Of a stretch of 64,000 nt of DNA, positions 50,280 to 60,348 are shown piece by piece. The stretch's first letter is position 1. Each line of letters starts with the position of its first letter. The DNA is taken from NCBI GenBank assembly GCA_965242725.1, contig CBDESZ010000006.1:32001-96000 (forward strand), in the 5' to 3' direction. The notes below the pieces were generated by a model. The model did not search any database. It saw nothing but the letters and a program-made list of their open reading frames with translations, and was not told the DNA's origin. The stretch is from Alkalispirochaeta sp. (GTDB lineage: Bacteria; Spirochaetota; Spirochaetia; DSM-27196; Alkalispirochaetaceae). Position numbers and translations under genes: made by a program.

Positions 50280-51344
50280 ATGAGCGAGAAAAAAACGAAA
50301 GTAGCGGTAAACGGCTACGGCGTGATAGGCAAACGAGTCGCCGACGCGGTGGTGGCACAACCGGATATGGAGCTTGTCGGGGTCGCGGACGTCGTCAACG
50401 ATTACAGGATGAAGACGGCGGCGATTCGCGGGCTGCCCATTTACGCTGCGCTCCCGGAGAAAGCCGCCGGCATGCGCGAGGCGGGTCTCAGCATTGCAGG
50501 CGATCTGGACGACTTATTGGCGCAAAGTACGGTCATCGTCGACTGTACGCCCAAAGGTATCGGAGCCAAAAACCTTGAACGATATACGAAGGCGGGGGTC
50601 AAGTCGATCTTTCAGGGAGGCGAAAGCCACACGCTCACCGGTCATTCATTTGTCGCACAGGCGAACTATGAGAGCGCTATCGGTCGCGACTCCACACGAG
50701 TCGTTTCGTGCAACACGACCAGCACCGTGCGCACACTGGTGGCACTTCGTTCAGCCGGGCTTCTGAAGAAGGCGAGAGGCGTATTGATTCGGAGAGCAAC
50801 CGATCCGTGGGAATCCGACCACAGCGGGATCATGAATACCGTCGTTCCGGAGCCCCATATTCCCAGCCATCAGGGCCCCGACGCACAAACGGTTATTCCG
50901 GATCTTGAAGTGGTAACGATCGCCGCCAAGGCGTCACACACGCAGACCCACAATCACTATTGGATCGTGGAACTCTCGCGCACCGTCGAGAAAGAAGAAA
51001 TACTCGATGCGTTTCGTGCCGCTCCTCGTATTGCGTTTATCCGCATGAGTGACGGTATTGTCGCGTTAAACAGCACCATTGAGCTGATGAAGGACCTTGG
51101 CCGGCCCCGCGGCGACATGTGGGAGGTAGCGCTGTGGGCAGACGTCCTGACGGTAAACGGAAACGAAGCGTACTACACCTACCAAGTGTACAACGAAGCG
51201 ATCGTTGTGCCGGAGAACGTGGACGCAATTCGAGCGCTGAGCGGTGTCGTGTCGGATGCGCATGAGTCCATCCGAATAACCGACACGGCACTCGGCATGC
51301 GACGGGAGTTTCTGATTCAGGACGCCCCGGGAGATAAGAAATGA
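50280..51344 (+). CDS. gap: Type II (archaeal-type) glyceraldehyde-3-phosphate dehydrogenase
   Basis: VAVNGYGVIGKRVADAV..QPDMELVGVAD, FQGGE, RVVSCNTT, RRATDP and VVPENVDAIRA. Confidence 0.9.
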   Translation: MSEKKTKVAVNGYGVIGKRVADAVVAQPDMELVGVADVVNDYRMKTAAIRGLPIYAALPEKAAGMREAGLSIAGDLDDLLAQSTVIVDCTPKGIGAKNLERYTKAGVKSIFQGGESHTLTGHSFVAQANYESAIGRDSTRVVSCNTTSTVRTLVALRSAGLLKKARGVLIRRATDPWESDHSGIMNTVVPEPHIPSHQGPDAQTVIPDLEVVTIAAKASHTQTHNHYWIVELSRTVEKEEILDAFRAAPRIAFIRMSDGIVALNSTIELMKDLGRPRGDMWEVALWADVLTVNGNEAYYTYQVYNEAIVVPENVDAIRALSGVVSDAHESIRITDTALGMRREFLIQDAPGDKK

Positions 51345-52339
51345 ACCGTGTGTCGACGAATCCCCGGATCGACGGAGAGTCCGACCTGTCACATTCCATA
51401 CACGCCGGAAAAGTTGCGGTGGTTGGAGCCGGCGGTGTCGGCGCGAGCTTTTCCTTTGCACTCCTGCTGAGCGGACTTGCGTCGGAGATCGTTCTCATCG
51501 ATGCCAACCAATCCAAGGCCGAGGGAGAAGCATTAGATCTGAATCATGCGGTCCCGCACACGCATCCGACGCGGGTGTGGGCAGGAGATTACGGCGATTG
51601 TGCGGGGGCCGCGGTGACCATCGTAGCGGCCGGGGCTGCGCAGCAGTCCGATCAAAGCCGTCTGGAACTCGCGGAGAAAAATTCGGACATCTTCCGCCGG
51701 ATTGTGCCGAATATCGTACGCAACAATCCGACGGGAATCATTCTCGTCGCGACCAATCCGGTCGACGTACTGACCCGTCTCACATGGGAACTTTCGGGTA
51801 TGCCGGAGGAAAAGGTCCTGGGCTCCGGGACAATCCTCGACACGGCGAGATTCCGGCATCTTCTCAGTCTGCACTTTGGGGTAGATCCGCACAGCGTGCA
51901 TGCCTACATCGTCGGTGAACACGGGGACACCGAGGTGCCGCTCTGGTCGCTCGCGAACATCGCCGGCATGCGGTTTCCCGAGTTTTGCGCGGTCAATAAC
52001 ATGAAGTGCGACAATGACGAAATGGAGAAGATATTTCGGAGAACCCGGGACGCGGCGTACGAAATCATCCGGAAGAAAGGTGCAACCTATTACGCGATCG
52101 GAGCCGGCCTCGTGCGGATCGTGACGGCGATTCTGAGGAATCAGCGCACCGTGCTCTCAGTAAGTACCCGTATCACCGATTACTATGGGATAAACGGTAC
52201 CTTCCTGAGTATGCCGTGTGTCGTCGGTGGCGCCGGAGTCGAACGGTATCTTCGTTTAAATCTGAGCGACGACGAGGCTACGGCATTACAACATTCGGCG
52301 GCCGTAGTGGACAAATCGATGGAATCGATACGGCAATGA
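51341..52339 (+). CDS. ldh: L-lactate dehydrogenase
   Basis: GAGGVG, NPVD, GSGTILDTARFR, VGEHGD and KGATYYAIG. Confidence 0.93.
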   Translation: MNRVSTNPRIDGESDLSHSIHAGKVAVVGAGGVGASFSFALLLSGLASEIVLIDANQSKAEGEALDLNHAVPHTHPTRVWAGDYGDCAGAAVTIVAAGAAQQSDQSRLELAEKNSDIFRRIVPNIVRNNPTGIILVATNPVDVLTRLTWELSGMPEEKVLGSGTILDTARFRHLLSLHFGVDPHSVHAYIVGEHGDTEVPLWSLANIAGMRFPEFCAVNNMKCDNDEMEKIFRRTRDAAYEIIRKKGATYYAIGAGLVRIVTAILRNQRTVLSVSTRITDYYGINGTFLSMPCVVGGAGVERYLRLNLSDDEATALQHSAAVVDKSMESIRQ

Positions 52340-52366
52340 TACCCCTTACGTCACGGTTGGTCGCAA

Positions 52367-52849
52367 CTACCTCTTTGCCAGTAGCATTAACGGCCAGGGT
52401 AGGACGAGTAGCTGAACAAAAGGTGAAACTCCAATACCGAGGAGCGGTACCATCGGCATGAGCGAGGAGTATACCCAACGACCGGTCGCGAGAGCGTGGA
52501 ACTCGATAGCGGCGGCGATAACCGCACCGACAATTGCCAAGATCGCCACATTTCCGGCGGTGAGCGGACGAAACCAGTCCAGTGAGCGATAGAATAGATA
52601 CCCCGTCGCCCAGATGGCGACAATGATCAGCCCGTCTCCTAAGCTCGCTCTCAAACAGATTAACCAGCTCGAAAGCTCACTGAAGGGCATATTCTCGTAG
52701 AGCGGCATTTGCGCCATCTCCCAAACATAGTTGACGACCACGGAAATGAAGAACAGTCGCAGAAGGAAACGGCCCGTCGGACTTTTCAAAACAGCTCCGC
52801 CTCCCATTACCGCATCTCCGAGGCGCTTACGCTGCTTGTTCGATACCAT
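52367..52849 (-). CDS. Hypothetical 4-TM membrane protein
   Basis: WEMAQMPLY, SLGDG, WVYS..MP and hydrophobic helices. Confidence 0.65.
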   Translation of the reverse strand: MVSNKQRKRLGDAVMGGGAVLKSPTGRFLLRLFFISVVVNYVWEMAQMPLYENMPFSELSSWLICLRASLGDGLIIVAIWATGYLFYRSLDWFRPLTAGNVAILAIVGAVIAAAIEFHALATGRWVYSSLMPMVPLLGIGVSPFVQLLVLPWPLMLLAKR

Positions 52850-53439
52850 ATCGGGGTAATTGCATCGAAGGTGCCCTCACCATGGATCACTTCCATATTT
52901 GTTGCTTTTCCCCACTGATCAATTATAAACACCGATTTCCTCTATGAATGAGCGTCCGGTACGATGTTACCCATACGAGGTATCGTATGTACAGTGTATC
53001 GAGGGCGAACCGGACACAGCCATGACGGCGGCGTCCGATAAGACTGTTTCGGGCGGTTATTGAATGAGTGGATGTAGAGGACTCAGGAACAACCACCCGC
53101 TGCCGCGTTGATGTCCCCACGGGCAACCGATGAGATCGTCCTTCCCGGCGAGATATCGCGGGGTACGGCAAAGCTTCAGTCCGTTCAGAATATTACCAAA
53201 GTTGTCGAGCGGAACATGGGTAAAGGGAAAGTGTTTGACTCTGCCCGCCAGGGCATACGTAACCCGACCGATCCCAGGGGTATACGAGAATTCCTACAGT
53301 CCGGAGGTACTGGTAAGCGGTCCGCACATTCGTGATCCGGAGCGGGCGAAATGCCGGTACCAACGCGACCATCTCCGGATCGTTCGGTACCGGTAGCCTT
53401 TTTTGTGGTGTCGAATGGGTATTCGTACTCCGTTTCCTT

Positions 53440-53718
53440 CTACCGACGATATGTACCGAGCATACTCATGATCTCTTTTTGCTTTTCCGTTTGCTCGGTG
53501 AGATTCTCGCTTCGAATCGCATCGGCGACACAGGTGTCAAGATGATTCTGGAGAACGATGTTCTCGACGTTGCGTATCGCCGCGACTACGGCCGAAGTCT
53601 GGTTCAGTATGTCTAAGCAGTATCGATCTGTTTCAACCATTTTACTGACCCCGCCGAGCTGGCCCCGAATCCTGCTTAAGCGATCGCGTATACTCTTTTT
53701 TTGTTTATCGTCAAGCAT
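53440..53718 (-). CDS. csoR: CsoR-family copper-sensing repressor
   Basis: RLSRIRGQ, YCLDILNQ and NHLDTCV (C-H-C ligands). Confidence 0.9.
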   Translation of the reverse strand: MLDDKQKKSIRDRLSRIRGQLGGVSKMVETDRYCLDILNQTSAVVAAIRNVENIVLQNHLDTCVADAIRSENLTEQTEKQKEIMSMLGTYRR

Positions 53719-53751
53719 GCCGTACCTCTGATTGTCGGTTCATATGTTTTT

Positions 53752-53841
53752 ATACCCCGGTAGGGTATATACTATCAACCCTCACTCGTCGACACAAGTG
53801 TCTCATCCGAGTTTATGACTTGACATACCCCCACGGGGTAT
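53752..53841. promoter_or_regulatory. Two CsoR boxes between divergent csoR and copB
   Basis: ATACC-CCGGTAG-GGTAT (53752) and ATACC-CCCACGG-GGTAT (53825, overlapping TTGACA). Confidence 0.85.
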
Positions 53842-53956
53842 ATTATATTGATATTAGCGTATGAATCTTTTTTAATCGAAGGGCGATACGGCTGATTAAT
53901 CCGGGCTCCTGATGAGTCCGGAAGAGGTACACAGCGCCCTTCGAAAGGAGCCACGT

Positions 53957-55987
53957 ATGAGTAAGCAGGTTGACCACAATCACCACAATCACCACGGTGA
54001 TCAACACCATGACCACAATGAACATCACAGGATGATGATCCGTGATTTCCGAACGCGGTTTTACGTGACCCTGGTGTTCACCATTCCGGTCCTCGCGTTA
54101 TCGGAACTCATTCAGCAGTTCCTCGGCTTTTCGTTCACCTTTGCCGGAGCGGATTATGTCGTCTTTGGCCTGGCCACGATCATATTTGTATATGGCGGCT
54201 GGCCCTTCCTTAGCGGTCTGGTCGGTGAACTTAAGCAGAAAGCACCGGGCATGATGACCCTCATCGCTCTCGCCATAACGGTAGCGTATGTCTACAGCGC
54301 GGCGGTAACGTTTGGTCTTGAAGGGACACCTTTTTATTGGGAATTGGCAACCTTAATCGCGATTATGCTTGCGGGTCACTGGATTGAAATGGCCTCAGTA
54401 TTAAGTGCGTCGTCCGCCCTTGAGAAGCTTGCCCAACTCATGCCGAACGAAGCGCACAAAAAGTCCGGAGACGATGTTAAAGACGTCCCGCTCTCGGAGA
54501 TCAAGAAGGGTGATATTCTGGTCATCAAGCCGGGAGAAAAAATACCCTCTGACGGCGTGATCACTCGCGGGTCGAGCTATATAGATGAGTCTATGCTGAC
54601 CGGTGAGTCTCGCCCGGTGCACAAGGAGTCAGGCGATCAGCTTATCGGCGGCTCTATAAACGGCGACGGATCGATGGAACTCAGGGTGGAAAGTTCGGGC
54701 GAAGATTCCTACCTTTCAAAAGTCATCAATATGGTCAGGGAGGCGCAGGCAGCCAAGTCGAAGACGCAAGCACTTTCGGATCGTGCGGCGCTCTGGCTGA
54801 CGATTGTCGCAATAACGGTGGGATTATCGACCCTCGTGGCGTGGTTGCTTGCCGGGCAGGGGTTGCAGTTTTCCATTGCCCGGATGGCGACGGTAATGAT
54901 CATTACGTGTCCCCACGCTTTAGGGCTGGCGATACCATTGGTGGTAGCACAGTCCACCGCCAAGTCCGCTCAGAACGGCCTGCTGATTCGCAACCGTACC
55001 GCCTTTGAGAATGCCCGGAAGATAAGCGCGGTCCTCTTTGATAAAACGGGAACGCTTACCAAGGGAACCTTCGAGGTTAACTCCGTGAATGTCCATAGCG
55101 GTCCGTACACAGAAAAGGAAATTCTCTCATTTGCGGCAGCCTTGGAGGGGCAGTCGGAACACCCCATCGGTAAGGGAATTGTGACAAAAGCGAAGAGCGA
55201 CGGAATCACCATCCAATCTGCCGATGATTTCGAGGCGATTAAGGGTAAGGGCGTCACCGGTACCGTCGGGAGTAAGCGCATTCAGGTAGTGAGCCCGGGA
55301 TATTTGGAAGAACAGGGGCTCGACAGGCCGCAGGGAGCGGAGCGCAAGGGCGGGGTCACCCGCGTCTTCGTCCTCGTTGACGGCGAAGTTGCAGGATCCG
55401 TGGCTCTTTCCGACACCATTCGACCCGAGTCCTACCGGGCGATTCAAGCGCTGAAAAAACGGGGAATCGAATGCTGGATGCTCACCGGAGATAACCGGGA
55501 GACTGCCGAAGCCGTTGCGGAGGAACTCGGAATGGACGGGTTCTTTGCGGAGGTCCTCCCCGATCAGAAGCAGGAAAAGGTGAAGGAGTTGCAGGACAAA
55601 GGAGCGTATGTTGCTATGACCGGTGATGGGGTCAATGATTCGCCGGCCCTCGCCCAGGCACAGATCGGCATTGCCGTCGGGTCCGGAACGGACGTTGCCG
55701 CTGCGACGGCCGATATTATACTGGTCAACTCCAACCCACTTGATATTACCGCGTTAATTCTCTTTGGTCGGGCTACCTACCGGAAAATGGTGCAGAACCT
55801 GATCTGGGCAACGGGTTACAACGTGGTGGCCATCCCCCTGGCGGCAGGCGTTTTATACAGTAGCACCGGTATGGTGCTTTCACCGGAGGTTGGTGCCATT
55901 CTGATGTCCCTTTCCACCGTGATTGTTGCCGTAAACGCGCGACTCTTGCGCGTCAAGAAAGAGGAATTGGAAGAGGCGACGGCTTGA
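53957..55987 (+). CDS. copB: Copper-exporting P1B-3 ATPase
   Basis: His-rich N-terminus, CPH, DKTGT, GYN and MSLST. Confidence 0.95.
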   Translation: MSKQVDHNHHNHHGDQHHDHNEHHRMMIRDFRTRFYVTLVFTIPVLALSELIQQFLGFSFTFAGADYVVFGLATIIFVYGGWPFLSGLVGELKQKAPGMMTLIALAITVAYVYSAAVTFGLEGTPFYWELATLIAIMLAGHWIEMASVLSASSALEKLAQLMPNEAHKKSGDDVKDVPLSEIKKGDILVIKPGEKIPSDGVITRGSSYIDESMLTGESRPVHKESGDQLIGGSINGDGSMELRVESSGEDSYLSKVINMVREAQAAKSKTQALSDRAALWLTIVAITVGLSTLVAWLLAGQGLQFSIARMATVMIITCPHALGLAIPLVVAQSTAKSAQNGLLIRNRTAFENARKISAVLFDKTGTLTKGTFEVNSVNVHSGPYTEKEILSFAAALEGQSEHPIGKGIVTKAKSDGITIQSADDFEAIKGKGVTGTVGSKRIQVVSPGYLEEQGLDRPQGAERKGGVTRVFVLVDGEVAGSVALSDTIRPESYRAIQALKKRGIECWMLTGDNRETAEAVAEELGMDGFFAEVLPDQKQEKVKELQDKGAYVAMTGDGVNDSPALAQAQIGIAVGSGTDVAAATADIILVNSNPLDITALILFGRATYRKMVQNLIWATGYNVVAIPLAAGVLYSSTGMVLSPEVGAILMSLSTVIVAVNARLLRVKKEELEEATA

Positions 55988-56008
55988 TTGTCCCGGTTTT
56001 TAGTAACT

Positions 56009-56062
56009 GTAACATGATCGCAACATAGCGGTCGCCGGAATGTAACATTGAATGGATATGAT
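56009..56062 (+). promoter_or_regulatory. OmpR-type 11-bp repeat promoter heading the two-component operon
   Basis: GTAAC/GCAAC/GTCGC/GTAAC at 56009/56020/56031/56042, then 10 nt, then TATGAT. Confidence 0.7.
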
Positions 56063-56083
56063 TTGTACTACCAGGAGGAAACG

Positions 56084-56266
56084 ATGGGACTTTTACTGAT
56101 TATTGTGTTATTCGCCGTGGGATACTTTATGTACAAGAACGGATTGATCCCGGCGTCTCTCGATGGCGCCGATCGAAAGGCGCCGATCGATATTATCAAC
56201 GAGCGCTACGCCCGGGGTGAAATCGACCGGGAAGAATACGAGCGACTCAGACGAGATCTGAATTAA
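56084..56266 (+). CDS. Small TM-SHOCT protein
   Basis: AGGAGG RBS; INERYARGEIDREEY. Confidence 0.8.
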   Translation: MGLLLIIVLFAVGYFMYKNGLIPASLDGADRKAPIDIINERYARGEIDREEYERLRRDLN

Positions 56267-56288
56267 GTTTGACTTGGAGGAACAATAC

Positions 56289-56555
56289 ATGATGCACAAC
56301 AACTGGGGCTGGGGAACCGGCATGGGATTTGGATACGGAGGCGGTATCGTCTCCATCCTGCTGATAGCGGTAATTCTCATCGGAGGATTCTTCTTCATAC
56401 GGTGGATTATCCGTCGAACCGATGGAGACGGGCTTTCCCCCGGCGGATCAGGCCGACGTGACCCGGCGGAGATACTTAAGGAACGGTACGCGAAAGGTGA
56501 AATTTCCAGGGAAGAGTACCGAAGCATGTTGTCGGACATAAGAGGTGGAGAGTAA
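56289..56555 (+). CDS. Small TM-SHOCT protein
   Basis: MMH..GMG N-terminus, TM helix, LKERYAKGEISREEY. Confidence 0.82.
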   Translation: MMHNNWGWGTGMGFGYGGGIVSILLIAVILIGGFFFIRWIIRRTDGDGLSPGGSGRRDPAEILKERYAKGEISREEYRSMLSDIRGGE

Positions 56556-57250
56556 TGATTTATAGTCGAAAATCGTTCTTGTTTGCGGTGGCACTGGCTT
56601 TTTTTGTAGCGGGAATTGCCACTGCTCAGGAGGATGCACACGGACGCGACGTCGAGGAAATTCTCCAACAGATCATACAGGTTCAGGGAGTAGAACGGGT
56701 CGGCCAAATTGACGCCAATGCGGTCGACCGGGATCTCCTTGAAGAGCTCGGAGACGGCGTCATGGGCCTCATGATTGCGGACGACGAGCGGCACGAATGG
56801 ATGGATCGAATGATGGGAGGCGAAGGCTCCGCTGAGCTTGCCTCCACGCACGCCTGGCTTGGATATAACTACCTTCAAAATGACGGTAATCTCGCCTCCT
56901 TCGGCCCCGGAATGATGGGGTTCGGAATGATGGGCCCCGGTATGATGGGTGGCTGGAACTGGGGCGCGGACCGTAACGGACCCTGGTCGGAAACCTGGGG
57001 TGATCGGGGAAGCTGGTACGGCGGAACGCCGTTTAGTCGGCAGGCCGGTACCTACCTCTGGATTATCGGACTTCTCGTTTTGGTACTGATAGTCGCTATC
57101 ATTGTAGCGCTCGTGCGGACCAGGACGCCCCGACACGGCTCGCAATCGGGCAAATCAGGTGAGAGCGCCGTCGCCATCCTGCAGGCTCGCTATGCCAGGG
57201 GCGAGCTTTCTCAAGAAGAGTATCGTCAAATTAAAAAGGAGCTGCGGTGA
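56555..57250 (+). CDS. Exported His/Met-rich protein with TM and SHOCT domain
   Basis: HEWMDRMMGGEGS and GMMG repeats; paralog of 35504. Confidence 0.82.
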   Translation: MIYSRKSFLFAVALAFFVAGIATAQEDAHGRDVEEILQQIIQVQGVERVGQIDANAVDRDLLEELGDGVMGLMIADDERHEWMDRMMGGEGSAELASTHAWLGYNYLQNDGNLASFGPGMMGFGMMGPGMMGGWNWGADRNGPWSETWGDRGSWYGGTPFSRQAGTYLWIIGLLVLVLIVAIIVALVRTRTPRHGSQSGKSGESAVAILQARYARGELSQEEYRQIKKELR

Positions 57251-57271
57251 ATTCGATTAGCAGGGTAGCTT

Positions 57272-57967
57272 ATGGCCGGTGAGCGCATTCTCATCGTTGA
57301 CGATGAGGCCGGCATACAGAAGACACTAAAGGCGTATCTGGAAAATGAAGGATACGCCACGGAGTCAGTAACCGAAGGCGATTGGGTGCTCCCGAGGGTA
57401 CAGATATTTAAGCCTGACGTTGTTATTCTTGATATTATGCTCCCAGGAATTGATGGAATAGAAGTATTAAGACGACTCCGGCAGGACTCCTCCGTATTGG
57501 TGCTCATGCTCAGCGCCAAGGGCGAGGAGTCCGACCGTCTCGTGGGACTCAAAATGGGGGCAGATGACTACGTCGTAAAACCATTTAGTCCCCGGGAGGT
57601 TGTAACTCGGGTCGGCGTTCTCCTTCGGCGCGGTCGGGGAGCGGACGGCGACCCGGGCGACGTTATTAGATTTTCCCGAATCACCGTCGACCCGGGCAGC
57701 AGACAAGCGTGGAAAGATGCGACAATACTGAGCCTGACTCCGATAGAGTTTGACTTGCTCCTCACCCTTTCCCGCAACAGCGGGCGAGTCCTCAGTCGAG
57801 ATCAGTTGATCGACCACGCCTGGGGTGACGACTACTACATCGATGAGCGTGTCGTTGATGTGCACGTTCGCAGACTCCGCAGGAAGATCGAAGACGATCC
57901 CCGAGAAGCCCGAATTATTGCCACCGCGCGAGGTGCCGGCTATCGCCTGGATTCCAATCACGCATGA
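57272..57967 (+). CDS. OmpR-family response regulator (CopR-like)
   Basis: IVDDE, LDIMLP, GADDYVVKPF and VDVHVRRLRRK. Confidence 0.95.
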   Translation: MAGERILIVDDEAGIQKTLKAYLENEGYATESVTEGDWVLPRVQIFKPDVVILDIMLPGIDGIEVLRRLRQDSSVLVLMLSAKGEESDRLVGLKMGADDYVVKPFSPREVVTRVGVLLRRGRGADGDPGDVIRFSRITVDPGSRQAWKDATILSLTPIEFDLLLTLSRNSGRVLSRDQLIDHAWGDDYYIDERVVDVHVRRLRRKIEDDPREARIIATARGAGYRLDSNHA

Positions 57968-59085
57968 AGCTGGAAACATTCTTAAAACCGAAACTTGGAC
58001 GTAAGCTCTTTCTTTCCCATTTGATTGTTGTACTCGTGGGAAGCGTGGTCCTGGCGGCCGTCGCCTACCTGCACGCACCTCGCGCGCTGACACATCACAT
58101 GGCGGAAATGGACGCAGCAATGGGGCGGATGCACGGCATGGGAGTGGATCTCAGGCAGAGTTTTCTTGCTGCGGTGGGCGAGGTGCTCTTCGTCGCGGGA
58201 CTCGTCGCCGTCGGGGCGGCGGTAGTGGTGAGCAGTTTCGTGGCATGGCGAATTATCGGGCCAGTTCGTTCTTTGACGGTTGCCAGTAGACGTATCGCCG
58301 ACGGCGATTACTCCCACCGAGTCGAGGCCGTCTGGAAGGATGAGTTGGGAGAGCTGGCCGCGTCGTTCAATCGCATGGCTGCCGCACTCGATGAAACCGA
58401 AAGGAGACGTGCGGAACTTATTGGCAATGTAGCCCACGAACTTCGCACGCCGCTCACAACGATTCGGAGCATGATGGAAGGGCTCATTGATGGTGTGTTG
58501 CCGGCGGATACCGAAACCTTTCTCGACGTACAGCGCGAGGCATCACGGCTCGGCCGTCTCACCTCAGAATTGAGCGAGCTCTCTCGTGCCGAAGCGGGGG
58601 AGATTTCATTGGAAACCAAGCTGACGGATCCGAAAGTACTGCTCCGAATAGCCGTTAATCGCCTTCGTCCGCAATTCCAGGACAAAGGTATTGCGCTGAC
58701 GGTCGGGTTTCCACAACGAAACCTGCCGTGGGTCGATGTAGATGACGAAAAGATACTCCAGGTTCTGCTCAATTTAATCGGAAATGCACTCCAATATACC
58801 GACCCGGAGGGTAGCGTCCAGGTACAGTGCCAAGCGGAGGGAGATTTGGTTCGGTTTTCCGTTTCTGATGATGGAATCGGCATTCCGCCCGAGGATCTCC
58901 CTCGGGTGTTTGAGCGATTCTATCGGGTGGATAAGTCGCGAGCACGCTCCCGCGGTGGGAGCGGAATCGGTCTCACTATTGCCGCTCATTTGGTGAAGGC
59001 TCATGGTGGAACAATCGCGGTCAAAAGTAATGGGATTGGTCAAGGAAGTGTTTTTTCTTTCGTCATCCCACGACCGAAAGATTAA
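57964..59085 (+). CDS. HAMP sensor histidine kinase (CopS-like)
   Basis: 2 TM flanking HHMAEMDAAMGRMHGM; AHELRTP, NLIGNA, DDGIG and GSGIGL. Confidence 0.93.
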   Translation: MKLETFLKPKLGRKLFLSHLIVVLVGSVVLAAVAYLHAPRALTHHMAEMDAAMGRMHGMGVDLRQSFLAAVGEVLFVAGLVAVGAAVVVSSFVAWRIIGPVRSLTVASRRIADGDYSHRVEAVWKDELGELAASFNRMAAALDETERRRAELIGNVAHELRTPLTTIRSMMEGLIDGVLPADTETFLDVQREASRLGRLTSELSELSRAEAGEISLETKLTDPKVLLRIAVNRLRPQFQDKGIALTVGFPQRNLPWVDVDDEKILQVLLNLIGNALQYTDPEGSVQVQCQAEGDLVRFSVSDDGIGIPPEDLPRVFERFYRVDKSRARSRGGSGIGLTIAAHLVKAHGGTIAVKSNGIGQGSVFSFVIPRPKD

Positions 59086-59179
59086 ACAATTTATCCGTCT
59101 GACACATGGCAGAACGTATTCGTGTTGATGGGTATGAACGAGTGCGGAGTGACGCTCCGCACCCGGATGTTTGCCGCTC

Positions 59180-59389
59180 TTATCTGACCGCTCCAACCGT
59201 ATAACCCGCCTCGGAAACTGATTGAGCGTACGTCTCCAAGGGAATCTCAGCTTGAACATTTACGGAAGCGACTCCCGACTGCAAATCAACCGTTACGGTG
59301 GAGACGCCGTCGATTTTTTCAAGCGCTTGCCGAACACTCATCGCACAGTGATCGCAACTCATATCCTTAATGTAAACTTGTTGTGTCAT
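59180..59389 (-). CDS. copZ: CopZ-like HMA metallochaperone
   Basis: 69 aa, MSCDHC and EAGY; CsoR-type box TTACC-CCTGTAG-GGTAT at 59411-59427. Confidence 0.9.
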   Translation of the reverse strand: MTQQVYIKDMSCDHCAMSVRQALEKIDGVSTVTVDLQSGVASVNVQAEIPLETYAQSVSEAGYTVGAVR

Positions 59390-59527
59390 ATCGACCTCCT
59401 GAAAAATACATTACCCCTGTAGGGTATATAGAATTATACATCGTCGATATTTGTGGGTCAAGTGCTCCCCAGAATATTTTCATGGCGTAACAAACGCTCA
59501 CCGCCGTTCCCGATTTGGTTGTTCCGC

Positions 59528-60142
59528 TTAAGGATAGGCCGTAATACGTTTTATGATGTCCTTCCAGAGATTTGTCACTTCGATATCGCGAAATCCCGCC
59601 CGGCGAAGATTATCCACGGTTCGGCGGTTGATGTTTGCCCCATAAAGATGGAGTGGAAGAGGGTTTAGAACGTCCATAAGAGGACCGAGTATCGGGCCTT
59701 CACTGCGAACGTGCTCGAGCATGAGCACCTTACCGTCCGGTTTGCATACACGGTGAATCTCTTTGAGACCGGCTACGGGAAGTGGTACCGAGCAAAACAC
59801 GCATGTCGAGACAACCGTATCGAACGTATTGTCGTCAAAATCGAGGTGCTGTGCATCCATTTCCAGGAGCGTTACGTTAGATAGGCCATGCTGCGCTTTT
59901 CGGTCGGCTGCACGTGCAATCATCGCCCGGCTGAAATCGATCGCCGTGACCGAGACGTCCTTCGGGTAGTAGGGAAGGTTTTTACCCGTACCGACTCCCA
60001 CTTCAAGAACTGCACCTTTCGCGAAACTCAACAATTCTTCGCGCCACGACGACGCCATCCGCTCCATCGGGTTTTCTAATAGATCATATACGGGAGCGAT
60101 TCGGTCGTACCGTTGTTGGATTTTGTTAATTTGTTTTGTCAT
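59528..60142 (-). CDS. Class I SAM-dependent methyltransferase (paralog of 45593)
   Basis: VLEVGVGTGKNL, CVFCSVP and LNPLPLHLYGANINRRTV shared with the paralog. Confidence 0.88.
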   Translation of the reverse strand: MTKQINKIQQRYDRIAPVYDLLENPMERMASSWREELLSFAKGAVLEVGVGTGKNLPYYPKDVSVTAIDFSRAMIARAADRKAQHGLSNVTLLEMDAQHLDFDDNTFDTVVSTCVFCSVPLPVAGLKEIHRVCKPDGKVLMLEHVRSEGPILGPLMDVLNPLPLHLYGANINRRTVDNLRRAGFRDIEVTNLWKDIIKRITAYP

Positions 60143-60207
60143 ATCATGTACCTTAGTCAAAGTTTCTTTTCACGCGCCTGCTTCCCGAACATCTTAAATA
60201 TAACGCT

Positions 60208-60250
60208 ATGGTATGTATGAGAATTGACGGCGATATTACAGTTTGATGAA
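60208..60250 (-). promoter_or_regulatory. OmpR-type 11-bp repeat promoter (3 units)
   Basis: Minus strand TTCAT/GTAAT/GTCAA, then 10 nt, then TACCAT. Confidence 0.6.
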
Positions 60251-60348
60251 TTGTTTTCTCCGGACGAAATACAGTTGCCTCGTTTTGCTGTTGCCATTCG
60301 ATGCCTTTGTTGGTTACGTTAGGATGTCGTAGACTACGGGGGTATGGT

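Noticed and set aside
52860..53430. Short ORFs between the membrane gene and csoR
   Set aside because: No recognisable motif or convincing RBS; possibly decayed sequence
53970..54030. CACCACAAT-like tandem repeats
   Set aside because: They encode the ordinary His-rich N-terminus of CopB
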